64,000 bases of DNA, taken from NCBI RefSeq assembly GCF_009914755.1, contig NC_060925.1, one strand, 5' to 3'. The number at the start of each line of letters is the position of its first letter. Position 1 is the first letter of the stretch. Origin of the DNA: the human T2T-CHM13v2.0 reference genome, Homo sapiens. A program made the translations under genes and the position numbers. The notes below the pieces were generated by a model that was given only the letters and a program-made list of their open reading frames with translations, did not search any database and had not been told where the DNA came from. This document shows positions 1 through 11,712 of the stretch, in pieces.

Positions 1-838
1 CAGAGGTGCCAGTCTCGGAAATGCAGAATTGTTGGGAGATGGGGAGGTATGGACAAAGAAAGCATCCTCTGGAGACTCGTGGTGAAGACAATGAATGAAG
101 TAACTGGCAGAAATTAGTGGTCCTGGTAGAACAAAATAGAATCCCAGAATGAGAACAAACACCATCCTTGTCCTCTAAAGCAAGACAATATTTTCTAAAA
201 ACTCAAGAAAAATCTTTTTTGGCAAGTACCTTTTATCTAGTGATGTGCGCCATGTACCAAGGCAGTGGGAAAAGGTTATTAAGCATGCTAAACTCAGCGA
301 GCCCCTATTCCCCCATGAGGACTCTGTCAAGAATAAATTCCTTTCAACAAGTGATGCCCAGGACACTCACTTTTGAATAGTTCATGAGCCTCAGCATATT
401 TAATTGTGGATCTGAACCAAAAGCCAAGGTGGAGACAAGGTGGGAAACACAGGCGGTCACTGGTATATGCTTGGGTTGAACTAACACCATAAGAAATGGC
501 AGGTTAAGAGGTCAGAGAAGAGGAAAATAATATCTTTGGTTGTCATAGTGGTAAAAATTTAAATTCAAAAGAGAAGATTAAAAATGTATAAACCAAATAT
601 TAGAAGTGTGTCAAGTTAAAAGGGGACTTTTAAACATGATGCCAAAACATGTTTAGTGCACTTTCAAACATGAGCTACACAACCCTTCCTAAATAACAAA
701 CAAAAGACACACACACAAACAAAGACAACAAAATAACATTGACAAAGAAATGTAGTAAATACCATCTACTACTACATATGATAAATGTAGACTAAAATAT
801 GGAAGAGTTTGGAATGTAAACAGGGAAATAAGAATGTT

Positions 839-844
839 TTTATT
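839..844 (-). terminator. AATAAA poly(A) signal of the NBPF7 terminal exon
   Basis: TTTATT on the + strand, in the context ATTAATAAAAACATT that I recall ending NBPF 3' UTRs. Confidence 0.65.
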
Positions 845-1372
845 AATCTGTATCCTTACCCACCAAAAACAATCATAATAATAAAAGCTTAAAACATTGT
901 GTGTAAAAAAAATTCACTAGTCCAGAGTAATAGGCAAGAATATTTTAATTAAACAGATTTAAAACATAAACATTTTAATTTTAATAGACTAAAATTAATC
1001 TTGGATGAAAGTTAAAATTTGGGCAGGGAATATTCTTTTTCACAACAGAATGCCAGCAGAAACAAGTTCATAGTAAGGACTGAGATAAAAATTTCCAACG
1101 TACAAACATAAATATAATAACTGACACAGCCAGGGGTGATTAATTGATGATAAAATGCTCAGAGGAAGATTGTTAGAATACAGGTATTTGTACTTTTTCA
1201 AACCACTTTTCAAATTAATTATAAATCAGGTGTCTTTACAAGGGACAGATCTCCTAGACCCCTCCTTAACCAGGTAACCAGTCCTGATATCACAATAATG
1301 GTGATGGACAAACTGGACCTTCTCTGCCCGCAGATGGACTGAGGTTGGAAACTCACAGCATTGACTTTGCAG

Positions 1373-1734
1373 TGTTCCTGGCAAAACATTTAGGCTGAAT
1401 TTAATCATAAGGAAATTTTCTGACAACTTCAGAATGAAGAAAATTGAGCCAGACAGCTGACGTCCTCTACAAACAAATCCATGTCACCACCATCAATGAC
1501 AACAACAAAAAGATGAGGAGATACTTTGGGTTCAAAGTGACTAAAGAAGTGAGCTACATTATCTTTTCAATCCTTTTGAACCCAAAATGTCTCTTCTCTT
1601 TTTGTTGTGTGATTTGTGGTGACATGGATTGTGTGAAGGAGAGCGGTCAGTTGTCCTGCTCAGTGTTCTACATTCTGCAGTTGTCTGCTGATTACTTCCT
1701 ATGAAACTCAGGCTAAGTGTTTTCAGCAAGAATA
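1373..1734. repeat. Long imperfect inverted repeat (arms ~1373-1536 and ~1575-1734, 38-nt loop) in the NBPF 3' UTR
   Basis: Example pairs: AATCCATGTCACCAC / GTGGTGACATGGATT; TTTGGGTTCAAA / TTTGAACCCAAA; GACAACTTCAGAATGAAGAA / TTCTACATTCTGCAGTTGTC. Confidence 0.85.
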
Positions 1735-1983
1735 TGGCATTGTTCATATTCTGCACTGGCAGAGTCCCGGGTGACATGCTGTCTCCTGCCAGCGGCTCCT
1801 GACTCCTGTTCTCTACAGGATGGAATTGAGAGGAGCAGGGCTAAGGCCTCTCAATGCTGTTTGTCCATCTGGGAATTGGTCTCCTTGGGTATTCATCTCA
1901 AGTGGAAATAGGATGAATTGTGGTTTCTCAAATCAAAGGAGCCTAGTGGTTTGCAATCATCAAGAGCATTCTGTGTCTAAAAT

Positions 1984-2123
1984 TCAATCCTCAGTGAAGG
2001 AGCCCTGCAGTGTTGTGTTTGGAATTGAACTTGGTTTGCTGTTGTAGTTTTTTTCATCGAGCAGAAAAGCTACTTTTTGTGACATCCTTTCATCCTTTTC
2101 ATCCTTCCAGCAGTATTTGGTAT
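1984..2123 (-). CDS. NBPF7P: NBPF7 terminal exon, coding part
   Basis: Acceptor CATACAG|ATACC at 2123. Entered in phase 1 it reads DTKYCWKDEK...SFTED* (TGA 1984-1986). Entered in phase 0 it reads IPNTAGRMKRMKGCHKK* (TAG 2070-2072), resembling the NBPF4/6 C-terminus. Confidence 0.75.
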
Positions 2124-2722
2124 CTGTATGAGAGAGGAAAGGAAAAATGAAAAGAGCATCTATGTCAGGTCTTGCTGATGGCTGAGTTTGGAGGGATTGC
2201 TAAGTGGTGATAGCCCAGGGGCAAACTGAGCTTCTGCTGGGAGGATGAGCTGAAGCCTGAGCCTCCGGCTGGCTGAAGAGGCAAGTGCCGTCCACAAGTG
2301 AGAAGAAAACAACCCTGAACTTCCAGTCAGCCTGGAGTGCAGATAGAAGGACCTGCTTATGCCCAACCAGCATCCGATGACATCAGCCCCTTTCTTCCTG
2401 ATCCCCTTTGTCCGGAGCAGAGTGATGGCTTTTCACACCTCCCAGGGAGGATGTGCTCAGCATCAACCATGCACACTCAGAAGCAGAGGGCTTAGAAGGA
2501 GAGGGCCCTTTGCAAAGAAAACCACCCCCTTACAACTCCATGTCCCAGTCTTTTGAGAAGATGCAGGAGAGCAGACTATTGGAAGAACCCAGGATATGAG
2601 AAGTAGCAGAGGCCTCAGACAATACTCACAAATAGGGAAGAGAAAAGCAGTGGGAGAATGAGCTATCATCATAGACAGAGAAATAAGGAGTGAGGGCCGC
2701 TAAGAGCCATAGATGTGATTAC

Positions 2723-2937
2723 CTTCCTACTCTAAGCTTGCAGGCCAGAGAATCTGCATGCCAGTCTCCACTTGCTGAACGGCAGTTTTCTTTTGATCAT
2801 TTTTGGTTTTAGGACACTTGAGGCGTGAATGTGGCCAATGACTTGATGCCCATGTGTGTTGTCAGCTGAACCTTCAAGAGCATCACCTTCCAGCTGGGGA
2901 GGGATCTTCATTGCAAGGGAAGGCTCTAAACCCAGCT
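2723..2937 (-). CDS. NBPF7P: NBPF7 penultimate exon (215 nt, NBPF4/6-type) with in-frame TAG at 2732-2734
   Basis: TTTTATTTTCAG|AG acceptor and AAG|GTAATC donor. Reads ELGLEPSLAMKIPPQLEGDALEGSADN...LPFSKWRLACRFSGLQA*SRK. Confidence 0.75.
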
Positions 2938-3215
2938 CTGAAAATAAAACCACAGACAGTGGGATCCACTGGCATTGATGATCTTACTGTGACTTTCCTT
3001 CTACCCAAAGAACATCAAGTAAGGAAAAGTGACACCCAAAGGGTGAGGGGAAGCCAATGGAGTCACTTTGATATTTTCTTTTTTGTTGATCTTTCTCACA
3101 TTACCCAGCAATGACAAGATTGCCAGGAAGCAAAGACACTCCCAATCCACAAAAATATTCAAAAAACATGTGTCATTCTAGACAGGTTGTGGGATGCAAA
3201 GAATAGGAAGCCTAC

Positions 3216-3427
3216 CTGGGAAGCCAAGTGGAGTTTCTTCCCCTTTGGAATTGGAGTGTTCGCTGGCTACATCTTGAGCAGAGCAAACTTTCTGTTCAAC
3301 TAGTGCCAAGAAAGTGCCTTCACAAGGTTGGTAAGATTGGGACACATCATGGTCACTACAAGAAGTCGTAACCCTTTCCTCCGGGGAGTCCTGCAGGACT
3401 TCCTTCTCTTCAGACTCCTGCAGCTTC
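3216..3427 (-). CDS. NBPF7P: NBPF7 exon (212 nt), second Olduvai/DUF1220 large exon
   Basis: CATCAG|GAAG acceptor and CCAG|GTAGGC donor. Reads KLQESEEKEVLQDSPEERVTTSCSDHDVSQSYQPCEGTFLALVEQKVCSAQDVASEHSNSKGEETPLGFP. Confidence 0.9.
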
Positions 3428-4034
3428 CTGATGAGCCAGACAGGAGAGGAGTGACAAGAGGGATTAAATACCATGGTATCTCAGGTGATTTCATGGGACA
3501 CATAAGGGAGTGGTCACAGAAACCAAAAGGGTAGTCTCCTCCAAGAGAGAAAAATCTATCCTTCTAAATGTGGAGTGGAGTGTGACTGCCCTTGGGACAG
3601 AGCAGACGTGAGCAGCAGATGCTGAGTGTGGTTGCCACAAATGAGCTGTTGCAGGAGGACCCAGACTCCCCCTGTAAACTGCGATCACGACTTGCAGCAC
3701 AGAGAACTGACACAGGGCTTCGCTTCCTATGCCTAAACGTGTTGATGTTTACATGCAGCACCCAAGTAAACACAGCTCTTGAGGCATTCCAGATACACAG
3801 ATCTTGTCTTTTCAAAGCCATTTTTAAAATATTTTGGCATAAATTACAATATCCCTGTTTTGTAATGAAATACTTGCCAACATGCTGACATCAAACACAT
3901 AGAAAGCATACATGCGTCTCACTCTGGATTAACCACACGGGAGAGAACAGGTGATATCCCTGAGTTTGGTGAGTTCACCTGGCTCAACAGATAGCATGTT
4001 CCTATGCAAGAGGGGGATTAAGAAATTGAAACCT

Positions 4035-4321
4035 GGCTGAGCACTGTGGCTCACGCCTGTAATCCCAGCACTTTGGGAGGTCGAGGCAGGTGGATCACGT
4101 GGTCAGGAGATCGAGATCATCCTGGCTAACACGGTGAATCCCCACCTCTACTAAAAATACAAAAATAAATAAATAAGCCCAGCCTGGTGGCGGGCGCCTG
4201 TATTCCCAGCTATTCAGGAGGCTGAGGCAGGAGAATGGTGTGAACCTGGGAGGCAGAGCTGGCAGTGAGCCAAGATCACTCCACTGCACTCCAGCCTGGG
4301 CGACAGAGCGAGACTCCATCT

Positions 4322-4347
<26 letters not shown>
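4035..4347 (+). mobile_element. AluY-like, full length
   Basis: Dimeric Alu with AluY-type motifs (ATCCTGGCTAACACGGTGAA, GAATGGTGTGAACC) and an A tail. TSD AAGAAATTGAAACCT at 4020-4034 and 4348-4362. Confidence 0.9.
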
Positions 4348-4353
<6 letters not shown>

Positions 4354-4522
4354 TTGAAACCTACTCAAGCACCACAATCAGGAAGACAGCATTGTTAAAA
4401 TGGATAATTTGCAGTTGAATGAATGGATGAGGCAGTTCTGTTCATCACTTTCTATTTTTCCCTGGATCTGCAGTCTCCAGGTGTCACTATTGAACTAACA
4501 GCCCACAAATCCACAGAGTTAC

Positions 4523-4575
4523 CTTGGGGGGCACTGGCGCTTTCCCTTCCTCTTCCTCATCATCATTTTGATTTT
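4523..4575 (-). CDS. NBPF7P: NBPF7 small Olduvai exon (53 nt; extendable to 4500 by a cryptic donor)
   Basis: TTTACAG|AAAAT acceptor and AAG|GTAACT donor. Reads ENQNDDEEEEGKAPVPPK and ends in phase 0 rather than phase 2. Confidence 0.88.
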
Positions 4576-5008
4576 CTGTAAACAAATTCAGAAGAGCAGG
4601 ACATATTATGCAAATCACGCTTCACACAAGACCAAATCAGTGTCCAGTCATAGCACAAGGACATAAATATTCTCAGTGTAAGAATGTGATATTCTGACAG
4701 GAACGTTCTAATGTGCCCTAGATTAAGTCTTGTCAGAAGTAGATGAGCCTGCTTTTCAGATCCATGGGACAAAATCTCCCTCATCTGGTAGATCTTAATC
4801 TTATATCCTCTGCCCTAAGTCAGCACAAACAATTAAAACATTTTCCCTAAGATCTTCAAAAATTGCCCTAACAACTTTCCATAAGTGTTTCTGCAATACT
4901 GATTTATCTCTTCATATATCATGGTCAATGAATGGTTAGAGAAATTTATATAGAAAACTGAACTGATGGATGAATTCTAACAACTTTTGCTTAAAAAAGA
5001 ATCTGTGG

Positions 5009-5289
5009 GGATGGCGGGGTGGCTCACGCCGCTAATCCCAGTACTTTGGGAGACCAAGGAGGGCAGATCACTTGATGTCAGGAGTTCAAGATCAGCCTGG
5101 CCAACATGGTGAAACCCCACCTCTACTAAAAATAAAAAAATTAGCCAGGCGTGGTGGCGCACACCAGAAATACCGGCTACTCGGGAGGCTGAGGCAAGAG
5201 AATCACTTGAACCCTAGAGGTGAAAGTTTTAGTGAGCCAAGATCACGCTACTGCATTCTAGCCTGGGTGACAGAGTAAGACTCCATCAC

Positions 5290-5337
<48 letters not shown>

Positions 5338-5380
5338 AAAAGAAAGAAAGAAAGAAAAAGAAAAAAAAAGAAGAAAGAAA
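5009..5380 (+). mobile_element. AluS with a 45-nt pure A tract plus a (GAAA)n extension
   Basis: Alu body with A run at 5291-5335. Approximate TSD AAGAATCTGTGG / AGAAATCTGTGG. Confidence 0.88.
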
Positions 5381-5531
5381 AGAAATCTGTGGTGCTACAC
5401 AGAAACAGCAGCCATTCATGGGGTGAAGAACTCAGGTCCCAGCCTTGCTTTATGGAAACTTATAAGCAAGATAAGGGTACAAGTGTTGATGTCCTGGTTT
5501 CAGTTCACTGCACAGCTGAGACAAAGGAGAT

Positions 5532-5600
5532 CCAGAATTGAGTTGACTTTGTCTTCCTCAAATGTGATTTTGGTGTTCTTGTGAGGTGGGTTGGAGTCAG
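5532..5600 (-). repeat. 69-bp intronic copy of part of the first Olduvai exon (matches 6470-6538)
   Basis: 66/69 identical by direct comparison. Confidence 0.9.
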
Positions 5601-5954
5601 CTGGCTTAAAGGAAATCCATACTGCAGATGAGGATTGTGAAATCAGGGAAATAACATCTTCAAATAAATGGACCAGGCTGTCAGTGGCCTCAGACAGGCA
5701 GAGAAACTCCATGGACATTGAGACACAAATTACACCATCGCAGCTGACAAGAGACATAGGAACCGAGCTCAGAGGCCTGACAGATACCTCCTGTACTCCT
5801 CCTGTACACAGGTAGCTATGGCTTTGTCACACCTGCCTCTGTTCCAATAACCTGATACTGGGGCCAGGATGACAAAGGCATGACATGGGCCAAGGAGGAC
5901 AGGAAAGCTCTCTGACCCACAGGTATCTGTGTTTAATATTCCATCCTAGTTTCT

Positions 5955-6303
<349 letters not shown>

Positions 6304-6412
6304 TCCATCCTAGTTTCTGACTCAAACCAATATTTGTGTATACAGCTCATCCTCAGAATTGATCTTCCATAGCCTAAACAGAGGTATGAGACACAAGGAA
6401 AATAGAGGTTAC

Positions 6413-6624
6413 CCAGAAGAATGTTTAGAGCATCCTGCCATTCATCTTGAGAAGATTCACTGTCTACAACCAGAATTGAGTTGACTTTGTCTTCCTCAGA
6501 TGTGATTTTGATGTTCTTGTGAGGCGGGTTGGAGTCAGAAGGGCCATGGCTATTTGAATAAGTGATGGCACATTCCTCCAGTGAGTCCTCAGGGACTTCC
6601 TTTTCTTCAGCCTTCTGCTCCTCC
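6413..6624 (-). CDS. NBPF7P: NBPF7 exon (212 nt), first Olduvai/DUF1220 (CON1-type) large exon
   Basis: CATCAG|GGAG acceptor and CTGG|GTAACC donor. Reads [70 protein letters not shown]. Confidence 0.92.
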
Positions 6625-7485
6625 CTGATGAGCCAGGTGGGATAGAAATGACAGAAGATTAAACAGAGAGGGATTGGATCCCAGGGAGACCTAGCTGATT
6701 TTGACAGGCGGCATTAAGAGAGTGGTTCCAGAAAGCAAACAGGAGGTTCCCTTTAAGAGGGAACATGCAATACTCTTCTCTCTGCAACAGAGCATGGCTA
6801 CCATGGGAGCCAGAGAGGAAGAGAGCAGCTGGTGTTCATTGCACTGGACAGATAGGAGCTGAGGAGGATGAAGACTCAGCTATCCCTGTATGGTACACAC
6901 AGCACACACAGAGAAACACAACAGCTGCCACACCTTGTTTCTTAGCTGGGTTGAATTTCACATACTGTGGCCAAGGGAATGCAGGCTTTGGGCCCATTAT
7001 AGACTCCAGACATGGTGTGCCTTCTAGGCCTTTTTATTTTAACACTGTGACATAAAAAGTAAATTTTTTTGTCTAGGTACTTTTCCTGGTGTTTAGCTTT
7101 GCTAGGTACTTCCTAATTCCTCTGCTTGTTGCCTCTTTGCTATTTATCTTTCCTAACAAGAACCTAAAGACAAATGTGGAGAAAGCAGCTTTGCACCTCC
7201 TCCTGGTTTTCACAACAGGGGAGAACAGGTCTTCTCTGTGTGTGCAGGAAATCCACGGGGCTGGTGAGTTTATCGAGGGTCATGCTTACAGGTACAATGA
7301 AGACAATGGACAAGCATGTTAACAGGACTATTTCCTTGTTGGGTGAGCACATGAAATCAGTGCACTCTGCAGCTTTCTTTATCCTGCATCTGGAATCTGT
7401 GACTACCTTCACCTCCCTTGTGTTCTTGCTGAGACCTTTTCCATATTTTACCACTCATTACCTGCTCCTGATTATTCAGTCTTAC

Positions 7486-7558
7486 CTGGGAGCAGGTGAT
7501 TCCTGTACTTTATCAAGCTCCTTGGTTTTATCATTTTCATCCTCATCTGTGTCATTTT
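7486..7558 (-). CDS. NBPF7P: NBPF7 exon (73 nt)
   Basis: TTTGCAG|AAAAT acceptor and CCAG|GTAAGA donor. Reads ENDTDEDENDKTKELDKVQESPAPR. Confidence 0.92.
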
Positions 7559-8614
7559 CTGCAAATACAGAAGTGTTCGTTCAGATATTTCCCACTTCAC
7601 ACTCTGCAAGCACAGTCAGCCCAATGTGCACAGATACATGAACATCTATGTATGGGTCAGTGTTGTACTGAAAGCTCTCTTGTTTTATCTTTAACAAAAT
7701 GACCTGGCATGGTTTCCTGGTCCATCAGGCAATGCATTTCTGATCTGGAGGGTCACCAGCAAGATGTAACCAAACACTGAAAAGACCTTTTGCTCTCCAT
7801 ATCACTGGAGGCTTGTGCAGCCTCTCTCTGGACTTGGGCAGCTGTCTCCCCCATCCTGCCACAGATCTGATTCCCAGGCACAGGCTTGGTGTCCTGTCAC
7901 AGTTTGCATTTAGAACCTATTTATTTCTCTTAGAAGAGAACAAATAAACTTCTCCCACAGTCCTCCACATGTCAGGGGATTTTGCTGGCCCTCCATGTGG
8001 CTTCTGCTGTGTTATTCAGAGACATTCTCTGCATGGGGAGTGCTCCAGTCTGAAGCACTTTCAACCATCAAATGCCTCCATATCAAGTGCCTTCTCCAAC
8101 ACCATATGGTGAGGGGCTTTATCTCATTTTGAAAAGCAGGTGTAAGTGTTCTTCCATTTGACTACTAGAGACACTTGCAAGAGATAATGTGTCTGCCTTT
8201 GCAGATTGAGAGACAGAAACCCAGGAAAGATAAATCAATCACTCATCTACAGTTACTAAGAACGTTGCTGAAGACATAGCCTGGGAACCTTCATTCTTAG
8301 TCTAGAGCTCTTTTCACTCTAACAAGCACCCTCCTTTCACAGCCTCCTTCCTGTCCTTTAAAACTAAATAGATGCTGCCTCTTGTTCCAAAGACCAATTT
8401 CCATTAAGGAAGGAGGAAGATTTGCAATACTGTGACCTCCAACCCCACAGATTTCCCATCTCTGTTCTTACCCAGGAAGTCCTGGTCATGTCATGGCCAC
8501 ATATGTTTAGTGGAAAAAAACACCACTGATACAACTGTCATTGTGGAGGTGTGGAGGTCTGGAGTCTCTCATAAGCCTGGGGTTTTGGGTCATCAGGGCC
8601 TGTGGCCACCTTAC

Positions 8615-8829
8615 CTGGGCTGAGCTTGTGGACAAGGTGCCGTGCCAGCCTACACCCCTCAGCCAGCTGTTCTCGGAAGTCCTGCCCCTGGGAGTTGTCA
8701 TGCTTATCCGGAGTGAGAAGAGCCTGGAGATGCTGATTCAGTGAGTGGGAGGCATCTCTCCCTTCCCGTAACTTCTCCCTTAACTGGATCAGCTCTCGTT
8801 CCTGAGAGTGGACCAGGACTTTATATTGC
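8615..8829 (-). CDS. NBPF7P: NBPF7 exon (215 nt), coiled-coil region
   Basis: CTTAG|GCAA acceptor and CCAG|GTAAGG donor. Reads [41 protein letters not shown]...LVHKLSP. Confidence 0.93.
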
Positions 8830-9661
8830 CTAAGGTGAGATAGTAGAGAAAATTTAACACGGAAAGGGATGAGTGATCAGTTCTAATATTGCAATAGAGA
8901 TTTCTGAGACAATATCCTCAAGGAGACCTCCAAGCAGGAGGTCAGCACATGTTTAAAGAAATGTCTGTGGCCAAGGGAAAGAATAGAAAATGGTTTACAG
9001 GCTTCCTCTATATCAGAGAGGGCTCCAGTAAGATCCTCGGTGATGTTCCATTCATCTTTCTCTTCTGTAAACAAAAGTGGGTGTCTTCCTAATTCAGTTA
9101 CAAAAAGACAACCTTTCAGTTCCTCACTCTGGCCATGGACATTTCCATGTGAAAATACACATAGTGCATCTTGCGGCCACTAGATACAAAGCCATGTACA
9201 GAAATGAGGCCAGGTGCAGATGGGGCAAATTGAAAAGACAAAAGAAGAAAAGAATGACAGGGTTGAGAAGGCAACATTGATTGAGTGAAAGAATGAGAAG
9301 CCTCAGTCAGTCTGGAGGTGATTCTGACTAAGGGTAAGTGGGGTGGTTATGGGCACCATTTTGAGTATACTGAATGCTGCTGTGTGGTTCACACTCCTTT
9401 GCTTAATTTTGTGTTATGCAAATTTCACCTCAACAATTACTTGTTTGAAAAAGAGAAAACAAGGCTCTGAGAAACAACTGCAACCCATAACTTATTATTA
9501 TCCTTGTACTCCGTTTGACAAATATTTGTGTGTCGTGAGCCTGCCATGGCAATTCCTGCCCTTCCCCTGGCCCAGCTTAGCTCTTACTTCTCCCCGCCAA
9601 GATGCTGTACTTCAGAGATTTACAAACCTGCCCACCTGCCTGTCCCACGGGGCCCCCTCAC

Positions 9662-9764
9662 CTGAGCTCCTCAGCTTGCTTGAGCTGCTCTGCAAGCTTC
9701 TCCTCCTTGAACTGCAGCTCTTCCCTCAGCATAGATTTTATGAGGTCTTTGCACTCCTCATACT
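9662..9764 (-). CDS. NBPF7P: NBPF7 exon (103 nt), coiled-coil region
   Basis: TCTCAG|AGTAT acceptor and CAG|GTGAGG donor. Reads [35 protein letters not shown]. Confidence 0.93.
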
Positions 9765-10676
9765 CTGAGAAAAGACAGATGCACCTGCCTCAGTGGAAGG
9801 CTGGACATGCTGCTGTGGTCACTGCCTACAGGGCAGGAGCCAGGCCCATCCCAAGGACAAAACTGTCCCCAGTACCAGGGTCTAGATGGGGACTTCCACA
9901 TCTTTACTCTTCAGTCTTCTGACTTTCTGGCATCTGATCCTCCAAAATTTAGAGACGAAGAAAGAGAAACTCAAGGGCACATCAAGGAAGTTGACAAGAT
10001 GATTCAACCACAACGAAGTGGAGTCAGAAGTCACAGTCCCTGAGATCTGACTCTGAATGTGGGGCCACTTTCCCAAGCCTTGCAGCCTCTCCTCTAAAAC
10101 ACTGCACTGGGGCATGAGGTAGTGATTTCCCGCACAGGTGGGAAGGCCCCTAGGACTGTGGGACTGATGGTTTCCCTTTTACTGGGAATTTCAAGGACAA
10201 ACATGTCAAAGGTTTTAACAATCTTTGATTTTTAAATCTTATCTTTGGATATGATTTTAAGAATCATATCTGAAGCATAAAGCATGAGACATAAGACCAT
10301 AAGGCCATGAAGGAAATATGCCCAAATTCCAATAAAGTTTGTGTTAATTTAGAAACAGTAGAATGAAGAACTAAAAGATAGTGTTTACTCTGTGCCAATA
10401 ACTGTTCTAGGAGATTGACAAGACATAGCTCATGTAATTCACTGCAGCAATTTACAGAGGTAGGTATCATTGTAGTACCCTCTGAACAGATGAGGAAACC
10501 GAGGAAAAAACACGACAAACAACTTGGATGGAGCCCAGGAGACAGGCCCAGGGTCCCTGCTCTGCACACTGCACTGCTACCTCCACACATTCTTGGGTGC
10601 GATCTTTCTTCCTCTTTAGGAACAAGAGCCTGTGCCCCAGGAGGCAGGACTTCCCTCTCACCAGGGTACTGTCTGC

Positions 10677-10992
10677 TTTCTTTTTCTTTCTTTCTTTTTT
10701 TTTTTTTTTTTTTTTGTCAAGTCTTGCCCTGTCCCCAAGGCTGTAGTGCAATGGTGTGATCTTCGCTCATTGCAACTTCTGCCTGCCGGGTTGAAAGGAT
10801 TCTCCTGCCTCAGCCTCCCAAGTAGCTAGGATTACAGGCACCCGCCACTACGCCCAGCTAGTTTTTATATTTTTAGTAGAGACGGGGTTTCACTATTTTG
10901 GCCAGGCTGGTCTCAAACTCCTGACCTCGTGAACAGCCCACCTTGGCCTCTCAAAGTTCTACGATTACAGGAGTGAGCCACCGCACATGGCC
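10677..10992 (-). mobile_element. AluS
   Basis: Poly-T followed by the antisense Alu body. Confidence 0.88.
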
Positions 10993-11537
10993 CCTACTCC
11001 CAGCTCTCGATGCTGTCACTTATAGATACCACAGGATCTATTAGGAGCAGAGTCTCTTGAAGCTCCTCAGAGCAGGTACTGGGTACTAACACCATGTTTC
11101 CCCCAGGGGCCCTAGAACAGAGCTTTGCCTATTGGGCCTCAACAGAAGCTTGAAATGAATAAAAGTTCACTAGTCTCAGACATTTAGACAACAGAATATA
11201 TGTTATTTGTCTGCAGGATCTTATCTGGTACAGAGAGGATTCTTGAAAACATGATTGAGCCTCTTGGAGAAAACAGGTCGTTCTGTGCCTGTGTCAGAAA
11301 TCAATAACTGGGATTTTAACTCTAGTCCTACACCCACCTGACTGCAAACATGGAAATTTGCTAAATACCTTGCTACCTCTGTCTTCCAAATTAAACAAAA
11401 TGTTGAAATACCCATTTCTATTTTCCTAGAAGTACGGGAAGGATGAAATTACTTTTGATGGAGAGAGCATTTAGTGTCTCAGAGAGAAGACAGGACATCA
11501 TTCATCACTTTCATGATGGTGAGCCTATAGATCTTAC

Positions 11538-11712
11538 TGTATTTGTTCTGCTGGTTGGCCAGGAAGCCGGCCATTTGAGTTACAAGAAATTTCTGCTTCA
11601 TGTTTCTGAACTGTTGTTTGTTCTCTGCCAGCTGGGGGCGCAATTTCTCATTGATTTCTAGAATGTTCATCTCTGCTTTCTCACTGGACCAGGGGCCGGC
11701 AGATACCACCAT
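11538..11712 (-). CDS. NBPF7P: NBPF7 first coding exon (exon 11538-11747, ATG at 11712)
   Basis: CCCCAG|TCCC acceptor, ACA|GTAAGA donor, ACCATGG Kozak context. Reads [58 protein letters not shown]. Confidence 0.93.

Noticed and set aside
7174-9922. + strand ORFs of 155, 141 and 106 aa
   Set aside because: They overlap NBPF exons and introns antisense, with no recognisable domains.
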